64,000 nt of DNA from an uncultured cyanobacterium. GTDB lineage: Bacteria > Cyanobacteriota > Cyanobacteriia > PCC-6307 > Cyanobiaceae. The stretch is from positions 29,199-93,198 of the forward strand of contig CAVONQ010000001.1 in the NCBI GenBank assembly GCA_963697335.1, given 5' to 3'. Under the pieces are notes generated by a model. It searched no databases and was not told the origin of the DNA. It saw only the letters and a list, made by a program, of their open reading frames with translations. Positions 8,933 to 18,293 of this stretch are shown piece by piece; the stretch's first letter is position 1, and the number at the start of each line of letters is the position of its first letter. The position numbers and the translations under genes were made by a program.

Positions 8933-10270
8933 TCAGCTGTGCTCCCGCAGAAAGGCGATCGTGCCCTCCAGTTCCTCGGCGAAGCGGTCGATCTCCTCGG
9001 GGGAGGTGGTGAAACTGAGACTGGCCCGCGCCGAGCCGGGGATCCCATAGAGCCGATGCAGCGGTTGGGTGCAGTGGTGGCCACTGCGGATGCAGATCCC
9101 GGCCGAATCGAGCAGGGCCGCCAGATCATTGGCGTGCAGGCCCTCCACGGTGAAGGCGGCGAGGGCACCGCGATCGGGCTGCTGGTCCGGGGTGGGCCCC
9201 AGAATCGTCACCCCGTCGATGGCCTTGAGCCGCTCGAACAGACGGCGTGTGAGCTGTTGCTCCCAGCGGTGGATCCGCTCCAGGCCGATCGATTGCAGGT
9301 AGTCGAGGGCCGCCCCCATGCCAATGGCCTCGCCGATGGCCGGGGTACCAGCCTCGAACTTGTGGGGCAGTTCAGCCCAGCTGCTGTGGTCGAGAAACAC
9401 GTCCTGGATCATCTCACCGCCCCCCAGGAAGGGGGGCATGGCCTCCAGCAGGGCCTCGCGGGCCCAGAGGAAGCCCATGCCCGTGGGACCGCACAGCTTG
9501 TGGGAGCTGCCCACGAGGAAGTCGCAATCGAGGCGAGCCACATCCACGCTCAGGTGGGCCAGGCTCTGGCAGGCATCCACGAGCAGCAGCGCCCCCACGG
9601 CATGGGCCAGGGGCGCAATCTCAGCGATCGGCGTGAGACAGCCGAGGGTGTTGCTCACGTGCACCAGGCTCACCAGCCGGGTGCGGTCGTTCAGCTGGGC
9701 GCGCAGATCGTCGAGGTCGAGCTCGCCGGTGGCCGTGAGGCCCACATGGCGCAGCACACAGCCGGTGCGGGCCGCCAGCAACTGCCAGGGCACCAGGTTG
9801 CTGTGGTGCTCCATCACCGAGAGCAGAATCTCATCGCCCGGCTTGAGATTGGCCTCGCCCCAGGTGCGAGCCACCAGGTTGATCGCCTCGCTGGCATTGC
9901 GGGTGAACACGATCTCCCGGGGGCTGGCCGCTCCTACAAAGGCGGCCGTCTTGGTCCTGGCGCCCTCAAAACCCTCAGTGGCCCTGGCGCTCAGCTGGTG
10001 GGCGCCGCGGTGCACGTTGGCGTTGTCATGGTCGTAGTAGCGCTGCAGGGCCGCCAGCACCTGGCGTGGCTTCTGGCTCGTGGCGGCGTGATCGAGATAG
10101 ATCAGCGGCTGGCCCAGGCAGGCCGTCTGGGCGAGCAGGGGAAAGTCCGGCCGCGTCAGCAGGGCCAGGTTGTCAGGCGCCATCCCGGCCGGCTCCGCTC
10201 CGGCAGGGCTGGAGAGCGGGGCGCTGTCGGGACTGGCGGCAGCCTTGGCGATGGCGGAGGTGATCGGCAT
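8933..10270 (-). CDS. sufS: SufS cysteine desulfurase
   Basis: YLDHAATSQKP, SSHKLCGPTG (PLP lysine), RSGHHCTQP (catalytic Cys); alternative start at 10183. Confidence 0.96.
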   Translation of the reverse strand: MPITSAIAKAAASPDSAPLSSPAGAEPAGMAPDNLALLTRPDFPLLAQTACLGQPLIYLDHAATSQKPRQVLAALQRYYDHDNANVHRGAHQLSARATEGFEGARTKTAAFVGAASPREIVFTRNASEAINLVARTWGEANLKPGDEILLSVMEHHSNLVPWQLLAARTGCVLRHVGLTATGELDLDDLRAQLNDRTRLVSLVHVSNTLGCLTPIAEIAPLAHAVGALLLVDACQSLAHLSVDVARLDCDFLVGSSHKLCGPTGMGFLWAREALLEAMPPFLGGGEMIQDVFLDHSSWAELPHKFEAGTPAIGEAIGMGAALDYLQSIGLERIHRWEQQLTRRLFERLKAIDGVTILGPTPDQQPDRGALAAFTVEGLHANDLAALLDSAGICIRSGHHCTQPLHRLYGIPGSARASLSFTTSPEEIDRFAEELEGTIAFLREHS

Positions 10271-10276
10271 GGAGCT

Positions 10277-11416
10277 TCAGGCTTCTCCCAGCAGGCTCTG
10301 GAGGGGGCGATGGCGGGCTGCGGCGGCGGGCAGCTCGCGCAGCACCTCCTCGCAGAAGCCGCGCTTGAGCAGGGCGGCGGCCTGGTCGGCGGCGATGCCA
10401 CGGCTCTGAAGGTAGAAGAGCTCCTCGCGCTGCAGGCGACTCACGGTGGCGCCGTGGGCACACTTGACGTCATCGGCCACGATCTCCAGTTCGGGCTTGG
10501 TGTCAATCCTGGCGCGGTCGGAGAGCAGCAGGGTGCGACTCAACTGGGCCGCATTGGTCTGCTGCGCCGCCCGGGGCACCTGCACCGCGCCGTTGAACAC
10601 GCTGCGGCCGCGACCATCGGCCACGGCCTTGTGCAGCTGGTCGAGCGTGCCGGCCGGGCCCTCGAAGCGCACATGGCTGTGGGTGTCGGCCACTTGCTCG
10701 CCATCCACCAGCTGCAGGCCCCGCAGGCAGGCGTGGGCGGCACCCTCGGTCTGCACCAGACGGGGCTCGTGGCGCAGCAGGGCCCAGCCGGAGCTGGCGT
10801 TCACCAGCTTGAGCTGGCTGCCGGGGGCCTGGCGCACGGCCGTGTGGGCCAGCAGGGTGGCCTGGCCGCCCTGGCCGATGGCCAGGTTGCCGAGGTTGAG
10901 GCGACTGTCGGCCGCCATCACCACTTCAATCACCAGGCTCAGGGCCTGGGCTCCGGCGGCGGCGATCAGCAGAAAGAGGTCGAGGCTCGCCCCCGGCTCC
11001 AGCAGCAGCAGCAGCCGCCGGGCCCGCAGGCCCTCGCCGTCGCCGGCCTGCCACAGCAACTCGAGCGGATCGGCCTTGCCGCTCACCCGCAGGGCCAGCA
11101 GGGCTGGATCAGCGCCGGCATTGAGCCGCACCGGCCAGTGCTCACTGCAGCCGGTGGCCGCCAGCGAGCGGCCCTGCTCGGCAGCCGCCGCTTCGGCGGA
11201 GAGGCGGCTGATGCCGGACGGCAGTGGCTCCAGATCCCAGCCACTGGCCATGGGATCAGCGAGGCGCTGGGGCAGGGTCTGCAACGCCGACAGATCGGTG
11301 AAGCGCCAGTCCTCCTGCTGGCGGGTGGGCAGCGCTGCCCCGGCCAGGGCACTGAGCCAGGCCTCGCTGGAAGCGGTGGCGGTAGGGGCCACGGGGGCCT
11401 GGGAGCTGGCAACCAT
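10277..11416 (-). CDS. sufD: Fe-S cluster assembly protein SufD
   Basis: [35 protein letters not shown]; lies between sufC and sufS. Confidence 0.93.
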   Translation of the reverse strand: MVASSQAPVAPTATASSEAWLSALAGAALPTRQQEDWRFTDLSALQTLPQRLADPMASGWDLEPLPSGISRLSAEAAAAEQGRSLAATGCSEHWPVRLNAGADPALLALRVSGKADPLELLWQAGDGEGLRARRLLLLLEPGASLDLFLLIAAAGAQALSLVIEVVMAADSRLNLGNLAIGQGGQATLLAHTAVRQAPGSQLKLVNASSGWALLRHEPRLVQTEGAAHACLRGLQLVDGEQVADTHSHVRFEGPAGTLDQLHKAVADGRGRSVFNGAVQVPRAAQQTNAAQLSRTLLLSDRARIDTKPELEIVADDVKCAHGATVSRLQREELFYLQSRGIAADQAAALLKRGFCEEVLRELPAAAARHRPLQSLLGEA

Positions 11417-12231
11417 CAGCCCACCTCCAACGGGTGACGCTCGGCGCCCGCCTCAAGGCGGGCGACCTGCTCGTCCACCCAGTCGTAGCCGGTGCGCTCC
11501 AACTCCAGAGCCAGCTCCTTGCCGCCGCTGCGCAGGATCCGGCCCGCGGCCATCACGTGCACGTAGTCCGGGGTGATCACGTCCAGCAGGCGCTGGTAGT
11601 GGGTGATCAACAGGGTGGCGTTGTCGGGGCTGGCGAGCTGGTTGACGCCGCCGGCCACGATGCGCAGGGCATCGATGTCGAGCCCGGAATCGGTTTCATC
11701 GAGGATCGCCACCACTGGCTCCAGCAGGGCCATCTGCAGGATCTCATTGCGCTTTTTCTCACCGCCACTGAACCCCTCGTTGACGCTGCGATCGAGGAAG
11801 GCAGGATCCATCTGAACCACCGCCAGGCGCTCCCGCACCAGATCCTCGAAGGCGAAGGTGTCGAGTTCCTCGGCGCCTTGCTGGCTGCGGCGGGCGTTGG
11901 TGGCCACCCGCAGGAACTCGAGATTGCTCACACCAGGAATCTCCACCGGATACTGGAAGCCGAGGAAGAGGCCGATGCGGGCCCGTTCTTCCGGATCCAG
12001 CTCCAGCAGGTTCTCGCCGCGGTAGTGGACCGAGCCGCCTGTGACGCTGTAGGCGGGATGACCCGCCAGCACCTTGGAGAGGGTGCTCTTGCCACTGCCG
12101 TTGCGGCCCATGACGGCGTGCACCTCACCGGCTCGGATCGTGAGGTTCACCCCCTTGAGGATGGGCTGATCCTCCACCGAAGCCTGCAGGTCGCGAATCT
12201 CTAGGAGTACGGGGGCGTCTGGGCGAATCAC
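11416..12231 (-). CDS. sufC: Fe-S cluster assembly ATPase SufC
   Basis: [34 protein letters not shown]. Confidence 0.97.
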   Translation of the reverse strand: MIRPDAPVLLEIRDLQASVEDQPILKGVNLTIRAGEVHAVMGRNGSGKSTLSKVLAGHPAYSVTGGSVHYRGENLLELDPEERARIGLFLGFQYPVEIPGVSNLEFLRVATNARRSQQGAEELDTFAFEDLVRERLAVVQMDPAFLDRSVNEGFSGGEKKRNEILQMALLEPVVAILDETDSGLDIDALRIVAGGVNQLASPDNATLLITHYQRLLDVITPDYVHVMAAGRILRSGGKELALELERTGYDWVDEQVARLEAGAERHPLEVG

Positions 12232-12314
12232 AGGAAATCAGGAATGGAACGGCAGCTGAACTGAACTGGGCTGAACTGAAGAGTGGAGCAAAGGGGATGC
12301 CGGAAGGACGGGGC

Positions 12315-13754
12315 CTAACCCACCGATCCCTCCAACTTGAGGGCCAGCAGCTTGTCAGCTTCGGCGGCAAACTCCATCGGCAGCTGGTTGAACACATCGC
12401 GACAGAAGCCGCTCACCATCATCGAGACGGCCTCTTCAAAGCCGATCCCCCGGCTCTGCAGATAGAAGAGCTGGTCTGCCGAGATGCGGCAGGTGCTGGC
12501 CTCGTGCTCCACAGCGGCGTCGGGCTGCTGGCAGCGGATGTAGGGATAGGTGTTGGCAGCCGCCTGATCGCCGATCAACATCGAATCGCACTGGCTGTAG
12601 TTGCGGGCACCAATGGCGTTCGGGCCGATCTGCACCAGGCCGCGATAACTGTTGGAGGAATGGCCCGCACTGATGCCCTTGCTCACGATCGTGGAGCGGG
12701 TGCGGGGGCCCACGTGCACCATCTTGGTGCCGGTGTCAGCCTGCTGACGGTTGTTGGTGAGGGCCACAGAGTAAAACTCCCCCACGGAATCAGCGCCCTG
12801 CAGCACACAACTGGGGTATTTCCAGGTAATGGCTGATCCGGTTTCCACCTGGGTCCAACTGATCTTGCTGCGCGCGCCCCGGCATTGGCCCCGCTTTGTG
12901 ACGAAGTTGTAAATGCCTCCCACTCCGTTCTCATCACCGGCGTACCAGTTCTGGACGGTGGAATACTTGATGGAGGCATCATCGAGAGCCACCAGCTCCA
13001 CCACGGCGGCGTGGAGTTGGTTGGTGTCAAACATCGGGGCCGTGCAACCCTCGAGGTAGCTCACGGAGGCGCCCTGCTCAGCCACGATCAAGGTGCGCTC
13101 AAACTGGCCCGTGTCGCCGGAGTTGATGCGGAAATAGGTGGAGAGCTCCATCGGACAGGCCACCCCCTTGGGGATGAACACGAAGGAGCCATCACTGAAG
13201 ACAGCGGAATTGAGTGCCGAGAAAAAGTTGTCGTTGGTTGGCACCACCGTGCCCAGATAGGCCTCGATGAGCTCGGGAAAATCCTTCACGGCCTCGCTGA
13301 TCGAGCAGAAGATCACGCCGTCCTCGGCAAGCTTTTCGCGAAACGTGGTGGCGATGGACACGCTGTCGAAGACGGCATCCACAGCCACATTGGAGAGGCG
13401 CTTTTGCTCGCCCAGGGGGATGCCGAGCTTGTCAAAGGTTTCCAGAAGCTTGGGGTCCACCTCATCGAGGCTGGCTTTTTTATCCTGCTGCTTGGGAGCG
13501 GCGTAATAGATAATCTCTTGATAATCAATGGCCGGATGGCCCAGCGCGGCCCAATCGGGCTCCTGCATCTTCAGCCACTGCCGGTAGGCACGCAAACGGA
13601 AATCAAGCAGGAACTGAGGTTCCTCCTTCTTCGCCGAGATCAGCCGAACCACGTCCTCGCTGAGACCCTTGGCAATCTTCTCGGTTTCAATATCAGTGAC
13701 GAAACCGTACTTATACGGTTGAGAAACAAGTTCTCCGACGGTGGCTGTGGACAT
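12315..13754 (-). CDS. sufB: Fe-S cluster assembly protein SufB
   Basis: [40 protein letters not shown]. Confidence 0.97.
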   Translation of the reverse strand: MSTATVGELVSQPYKYGFVTDIETEKIAKGLSEDVVRLISAKKEEPQFLLDFRLRAYRQWLKMQEPDWAALGHPAIDYQEIIYYAAPKQQDKKASLDEVDPKLLETFDKLGIPLGEQKRLSNVAVDAVFDSVSIATTFREKLAEDGVIFCSISEAVKDFPELIEAYLGTVVPTNDNFFSALNSAVFSDGSFVFIPKGVACPMELSTYFRINSGDTGQFERTLIVAEQGASVSYLEGCTAPMFDTNQLHAAVVELVALDDASIKYSTVQNWYAGDENGVGGIYNFVTKRGQCRGARSKISWTQVETGSAITWKYPSCVLQGADSVGEFYSVALTNNRQQADTGTKMVHVGPRTRSTIVSKGISAGHSSNSYRGLVQIGPNAIGARNYSQCDSMLIGDQAAANTYPYIRCQQPDAAVEHEASTCRISADQLFYLQSRGIGFEEAVSMMVSGFCRDVFNQLPMEFAAEADKLLALKLEGSVG

Positions 13755-13772
13755 GTTGGGGAAAGCGGTGGA

Positions 13773-14135
13773 TCAGCCGGCGGCGAGGCTTTTGATTTCT
13801 TCGATGCTGATGGACTGCTTCTCACCGCGGAAAGGGTTGTCTTCGGTGAGGAACAGCATGCAGTGGCACTCCTTGCGTTCCCGCATCGGCACACAGGGGC
13901 AATTCCAGAAGGCCTGCGCCACTTCAGCCTCCTTGTCTTCGTAGTGGCGGCAGGGGCAAAGAGCACCGCCAAGGTCGTCCTTGTGCCGTGCCAGGCCCTC
14001 CAGCACCACCGCCGTGACCCCAGGATCACTGCAGAAATAGGTGCCGGTGCGCTGGGCATAGGTCTCCGCAAACTTCCGGATCACCTCCAGGCTCTCGGGG
14101 CTGGGTGCGGAGCTGGGGGCGGCGGAATCAGACAT
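13773..14135 (-). CDS. ftrC: ferredoxin-thioredoxin reductase catalytic subunit
   Basis: LCPCRHY, WNCPCVPMRE, CHCMLF Cys pattern; start at ATG 14135. Confidence 0.95.
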   Translation of the reverse strand: MSDSAAPSSAPSPESLEVIRKFAETYAQRTGTYFCSDPGVTAVVLEGLARHKDDLGGALCPCRHYEDKEAEVAQAFWNCPCVPMRERKECHCMLFLTEDNPFRGEKQSISIEEIKSLAAG

Positions 14136-14311
14136 GGAGGGGAAGGGACGACAGAGAGAAGACGGGGCAGGGCCGACAGGCACGGCAGAGCGGGTCTGGA
14201 CTGGGAAGCAGGGCTGGGTGCGCCGATCAAAACCAGCTGCCAGGCCGGGTTGAGCGAGGAGACCAGGATCCGCTAGGGGGACGGACAACCTGGCCGAAAT
14301 CGCTGATATAC

Positions 14312-14327
14312 GAAACCATCAGGTTTC
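14312..14327. promoter_or_regulatory. candidate SufR operator GAAAC-N6-GTTTC
   Basis: Perfect inverted repeat with 6-nt spacer between divergent ftrC-sufB and sufR; same geometry as the CAAC-N6-GTTG SufR box. Confidence 0.6.
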
Positions 14328-14602
14328 CTTTTTCGCAGCTTAGGGCACGGATCAGGGGCCTGGGTGCTCGCCCATTGTGCCGTCCAGGTGAGGGCCGGCG
14401 GGTCTGGCCACCCAATCGCCACGAACCCGTGGCATGGTGTTGGGGACCGGTGTCGTTGATGCGATTCCCTATCGCTTCGCGCACTTTGAGCAAAGCATTC
14501 GTTTCAGGTTCAGCCCCGGATGGCCTCGCCACTCCAGCCAACCGCGCCACCTTCGCGGCTCCCTTCGCGGCTGTGGGCCGTCCCCCAGCCCCCGGCGCCG
14601 CA

Positions 14603-15253
14603 GTGAACAGCGCGGACACCACACCCTCCTCCACCCGGGAGGCGGCCCTGGCCCTTCTCCTGCGGCATGGGGAGTCCACGGCGGCGGCGTTGGCGCGTCA
14701 TCTGGGGGTGTCCGTTCAGGTGATGCGGCGCCATCTGCGCACGCTGGAGGAGGAGGGGCTGGTGCGCTCCAGCCTCAGTGCGGCCGGTCCTGGGCGCCCG
14801 AGCAACCAGTGGCATCTCACCGCCCAGGGCCAGGGCAGATTTCCAGACGGCAGCGAGGATTTTGCCCTCGGCCTGCTCCAGTCGATGACCGAGTCGCTCT
14901 CCGAGGAGACCGTGAACCTGCTGCTCTGCCAGCAGGGAACCCAGAAAGCCCAGTCCTATCGCCGGCATGTGGGGGCAGGCAGCCTTCAGGAGCGGCTGGA
15001 GCGGCTGGTGGATCTGCGGCGGCAGGAGGGCTATGTGGCCGAGTGCTGCCCCGATCCCGATGGCCACTCCTGGGTGATCCAGGAATTCCACTGTTCCGTG
15101 ATGCGGATCGCCGAGCAGTTTCCCTGCGTCTGTGATCAGGAACTGCGCCTGATCCGCGAAACCTTTCCCGATTGTTTGGTGGAGCGGGTGCAATGGCGGC
15201 TGGAGGCCGGGCACTCCTGCGGGTTCCGGCTCCAGCCCGTCCTCTCCCCCTGA
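14603..15253 (+). CDS. sufR: iron-sulfur cluster biosynthesis regulator SufR
   Basis: N-terminal HTH (MRRHLRTLEEEGLV, GRP), C-terminal EFHCSV...CDQEL...HSCGF Cys ligands; divergent from sufB; GTG start assumed. Confidence 0.92.
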   Translation: MNSADTTPSSTREAALALLLRHGESTAAALARHLGVSVQVMRRHLRTLEEEGLVRSSLSAAGPGRPSNQWHLTAQGQGRFPDGSEDFALGLLQSMTESLSEETVNLLLCQQGTQKAQSYRRHVGAGSLQERLERLVDLRRQEGYVAECCPDPDGHSWVIQEFHCSVMRIAEQFPCVCDQELRLIRETFPDCLVERVQWRLEAGHSCGFRLQPVLSP

Positions 15254-15264
15254 GCTCTCCCCCC

Positions 15265-15642
15265 ATGCCAGGGATGCAAGGTCCGCTCAGCACCATTGAA
15301 CTGGAGGAGCTGGAGGCCACCCTGCTGCCAGCCCTGGAGCGCCATCACCTCAGGTTGCTGGCCCATGGCCTGCGCACCCTGCAGGCGATCGCCGGACGGC
15401 GCGAGGGGCCGCCCCCCGATCGTGCCGCTCTGGAGCACTGGGCCAGCGGCGTGCCGCAACTGAACAACGATCCCGCTTTTCAGCGGTCCTTTCTCGACCA
15501 GCTCGAGGCCGCAGGCCGCCAGCTCGAGGCGATGGCGGCGAGCCTGGGCAGCACGGCCCTGGCCCTGGAGCTCTCTGAGCTCTGCCGCAGCGCCAAGGCC
15601 GCCGCAGATCAGCGCCTCAGGATCGAACCGGACCCAACCTGA
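15265..15642 (+). CDS. hypothetical protein
   Basis: ORF with GC3 bias directly after sufR (LEATLLPALERHHLRLLAHGLRTLQ). Confidence 0.7.
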   Translation: MPGMQGPLSTIELEELEATLLPALERHHLRLLAHGLRTLQAIAGRREGPPPDRAALEHWASGVPQLNNDPAFQRSFLDQLEAAGRQLEAMAASLGSTALALELSELCRSAKAAADQRLRIEPDPT

Positions 15643-15664
15643 AGCCCCCCGGCGCCAGAACCGT

Positions 15665-16570
15665 TCAGCCCACCAGGAGCACCACCCCAGCCAGGGCCGC
15701 CAGGGCCGCCAGCCACCCGCTCAAGAGCGGCCTGTCCCCCTCCAGTGGCGCCACCAGCATCGCCATCACGGGCGCCGTGGCCAGCAAAGACACCGCCAGC
15801 CCTGCCGGCAGCCGGCTCAGGGCCACTTGTTGCAGTCCGATCCCAGCCGTCGTGCCGAGCAGGGTGGCCACCAGCACCTGCCCCCAGAAAGGGCGCATCG
15901 AGCCGGCCCCGTGGGCGCACCGGCCGGCCGGTCGGCGCCAGCGCCGCACCAGGCCGGGCAGCAACGGCAGCATCACCACGCTGGCGGCGGCCAGGCGCAG
16001 GCCCGTGGCCGCAAGGGGGCTGATCGCCCCGTCCTGGAGGGCCGCCCGAGCCAGAAGGGCACCAGCACTGCCACAGACCATCGCCGCTGCCGCCAGCAAC
16101 AGGCCGGCCGCAGCAGGCCCGTCAGCCTCAAGCGCTGCGGGGGTGGTCTGACGGGCCACCAGCACCAGGGCCACACTGATCAGGCCGATCCCGGCCCACT
16201 GCTGCAGGCCCAGGGCCTCCCCAAGCAGGAGTGCCGCCACCGCTGCCGTGAGGGCGGGCCCCCCGGCCTCCAGCGTGAGGGTGCGGCGGGTGCCAAGGCG
16301 TCGCAGGGCCGCGAAAAAGAGGCTGTCGCCCGCCGCGATGCCCAGCACCCCACTGACGGCCAGCAGGGCCAGGCCCCTGCCAGGCAGGCTGGAAAGGCCG
16401 CGGGTGGCCACAACCAGAGCCAGGGGCACGGCCAGCATGGCCAGGGCCAACAGGTTCTTGAGCAGGTTCAGCCGCGCCGCTCCCAGGGACGGGGGGAGCC
16501 GTCGCCACAGGCTGCTGGCCAGGGTCCAGCCGAGGGCGGCCCCAAGCGCCGCCGCCACGCCGATCACCAC
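15665..16570 (-). CDS. DMT/EamA family transporter
   Basis: About 10 TM segments in two repeats; SGVLGIAAGDSLFFAALRRLG. Confidence 0.85.
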   Translation of the reverse strand: MVIGVAAALGAALGWTLASSLWRRLPPSLGAARLNLLKNLLALAMLAVPLALVVATRGLSSLPGRGLALLAVSGVLGIAAGDSLFFAALRRLGTRRTLTLEAGGPALTAAVAALLLGEALGLQQWAGIGLISVALVLVARQTTPAALEADGPAAAGLLLAAAAMVCGSAGALLARAALQDGAISPLAATGLRLAAASVVMLPLLPGLVRRWRRPAGRCAHGAGSMRPFWGQVLVATLLGTTAGIGLQQVALSRLPAGLAVSLLATAPVMAMLVAPLEGDRPLLSGWLAALAALAGVVLLVG

Positions 16571-16619
16571 CTCGCTCCGCCCGCTGGCTTGCGATCATCG
16601 TGCCAACTGCCGACCCAGC

Positions 16620-17225
16620 GTGACTGACGCCATCGCCGATGCCCTTGGCTTCTTCCGGCTGAGCTGCGGCCGCTGGCGCTCCCAGCGCAGCAGCCACCAC
16701 CTGCTCCACCGTCGGGCGGAAGCCGGCGGCTCCTGGATCGAGGTGGTGGAACTTGCCGCTGACGATCCGCGCCTGATCGCCATCGCCGAGCTGCACGGCC
16801 AGCCCCCCAGCGGCCTGGTGGGGGGCTGCCGGGTCACCTGGAACGCCTCGATGGCCTGGGACCAGGCCGGCGAGGCCCACGAGGGCGAGAGCGTCTTCGG
16901 ACTCATCCCCACCGATGCGGCAGGCCGCCAGGGGCTGCTGCTGCGCGACAGGGGCTATGCGGAAACTGCTCCGGTGGCCGGCCACTTCGCCATGGATGAG
17001 CGCGACGGGCTGCTGCTCACCACCAGCTACGAGACGATGAACAGCCTGGAGCGATTCAGCTTTGCCGGACCCAACGTGCGGCTGCGCACCAGCACCGTGG
17101 AGGGCCTGTCCAACACCGCGTCGTTCTGTGTGGAAACCAGAATCCTGGCTGATCCCCAGCCCGCCGCCGGGGCAGCCATGGAGCGCGGCAAGGACGGGCA
17201 GAGCCTCTCGCCGCTGGGCTGGTAA
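16620..17225 (+). CDS. cpcS: phycobiliprotein lyase, CpcS/CpeS type
   Basis: FFRLSCGRWRSQRSSHHL, LLRDRGYAE, ERFSFAGPNVRLR, SFCVETR; GTG start at 16620. Confidence 0.85.
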   Translation: MTDAIADALGFFRLSCGRWRSQRSSHHLLHRRAEAGGSWIEVVELAADDPRLIAIAELHGQPPSGLVGGCRVTWNASMAWDQAGEAHEGESVFGLIPTDAAGRQGLLLRDRGYAETAPVAGHFAMDERDGLLLTTSYETMNSLERFSFAGPNVRLRTSTVEGLSNTASFCVETRILADPQPAAGAAMERGKDGQSLSPLGW

Positions 17226-17313
17226 ACGTTACGGACTGTGAGTCCTGCCGGGGCTGCGGCGGTGGGGCTGCTGCGGCACTTCTACGATCACGGCCGACGG
17301 ATGCTGAAAACGC

Positions 17314-18072
17314 GTGGCCCTGCCCCTCCTGAAGTACGCACCCACCACCCAGAACTCACGGGTGGACCCTCTGCGGGTGGGTTCTGATGAGGATCCCAAA
17401 GCTGCGTCCATGGACAAAGCCATCGACCGCGAAGATCAGAATTTCGTGATCGAAGCGGCGTACCGCCAGATTTTCTTCCACGCTTTCAAGGTGGATCGCG
17501 ACCGCACCCTCGAGTCGCAACTGCGGGACGGTCAGATCACGGTGCGGGATTTCATCCGCTCCCTGTGCCTCTCCGACACCTTCAACCGCAGCTTCTACAC
17601 CCTCAACAGCAACTACAAAGTGGCCCGCCACCTGGTGGAGAAGCTGCTGGGTCGTCCCACCCATGGCAAATCTGAGGAGATCGCCTGGTCGGCCGTGCTG
17701 ATGACCCGTGGTGTCAAGGGCATGGTGGACGACATCCTCGATTCCGAGGAGTACCTGGGCAGCTTCGGCTACGACACCGTGCCTTACCACCGCAACCGGG
17801 TGGTGGGCAGCCGAGATCTGGGCGAGACACCGTTCAACATCACCAGCCCCCGCTACGACGCCTACTACCGCAACATCCTGGGCTTCCCCCAGGTGGTGTA
17901 CACGGGCACAGCCAAGGCCTACCCGCAGCGCTCCCGCCAGCGCCGTGGCGGCTTCCCCGAGGACTATCTCCCCTGGGTGCGCAGCCTGCCGGCGATGCGT
18001 GCCACCAGCGCCGCCTCCGCTGCCGACATCAACTACCTGGCCAAGGTTCCCTACCGCAGCATCGGCCGCTGA
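17314..18072 (+). CDS. cpcG: phycobilisome rod-core linker polypeptide
   Basis: MALPLLKYAPTTQNSRV, AAYRQIF, LESQLRDGQITVRDFIR, FGYDTVPY; hydrophilic C-terminus, so CpcG rather than CpcL. Confidence 0.95.
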   Translation: MALPLLKYAPTTQNSRVDPLRVGSDEDPKAASMDKAIDREDQNFVIEAAYRQIFFHAFKVDRDRTLESQLRDGQITVRDFIRSLCLSDTFNRSFYTLNSNYKVARHLVEKLLGRPTHGKSEEIAWSAVLMTRGVKGMVDDILDSEEYLGSFGYDTVPYHRNRVVGSRDLGETPFNITSPRYDAYYRNILGFPQVVYTGTAKAYPQRSRQRRGGFPEDYLPWVRSLPAMRATSAASAADINYLAKVPYRSIGR

Positions 18073-18097
18073 CGCCCCTGCCGCAGACTCACAGACC

Positions 18098-18121
18098 AAG
18101 CGGCCCCTGGGCCGCTTTTTT
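18098..18121 (+). terminator. intrinsic terminator after cpcG
   Basis: AAGCGGCCC-CT-GGGCCGCTT hairpin running into a T tract. Confidence 0.85.
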
Positions 18122-18293
18122 CATGGCGGTTGCCGGGACCGTGTTGGCTGGGGTGGGCTCCACCGGGAGGGCCGCCGTGATCCCCAGGGCGTCCGGAGCG
18201 TGAGTCCTGGTCAGTGGATGCTGACCCCATCGCTGCGGACAAGGCCGTTCGGGGAAAAGTGCTTCACACTGATCCCAAACGAAACCTTACGCA

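Noticed and set aside
10184..10270. Ala/Pro-rich N-terminal extension of SufS as an encapsulin cargo-loading peptide
   Set aside because: It is short, an internal ATG at 10183 gives a normal-length SufS, the gene lies in a standard suf operon, and no encapsulin is in the window
14105..14602. N-terminally extended 382-aa SufR or extra ORFs in the ftrC-sufR spacer
   Set aside because: The extension has no protein-like features and overlaps the expected divergent promoters and operator
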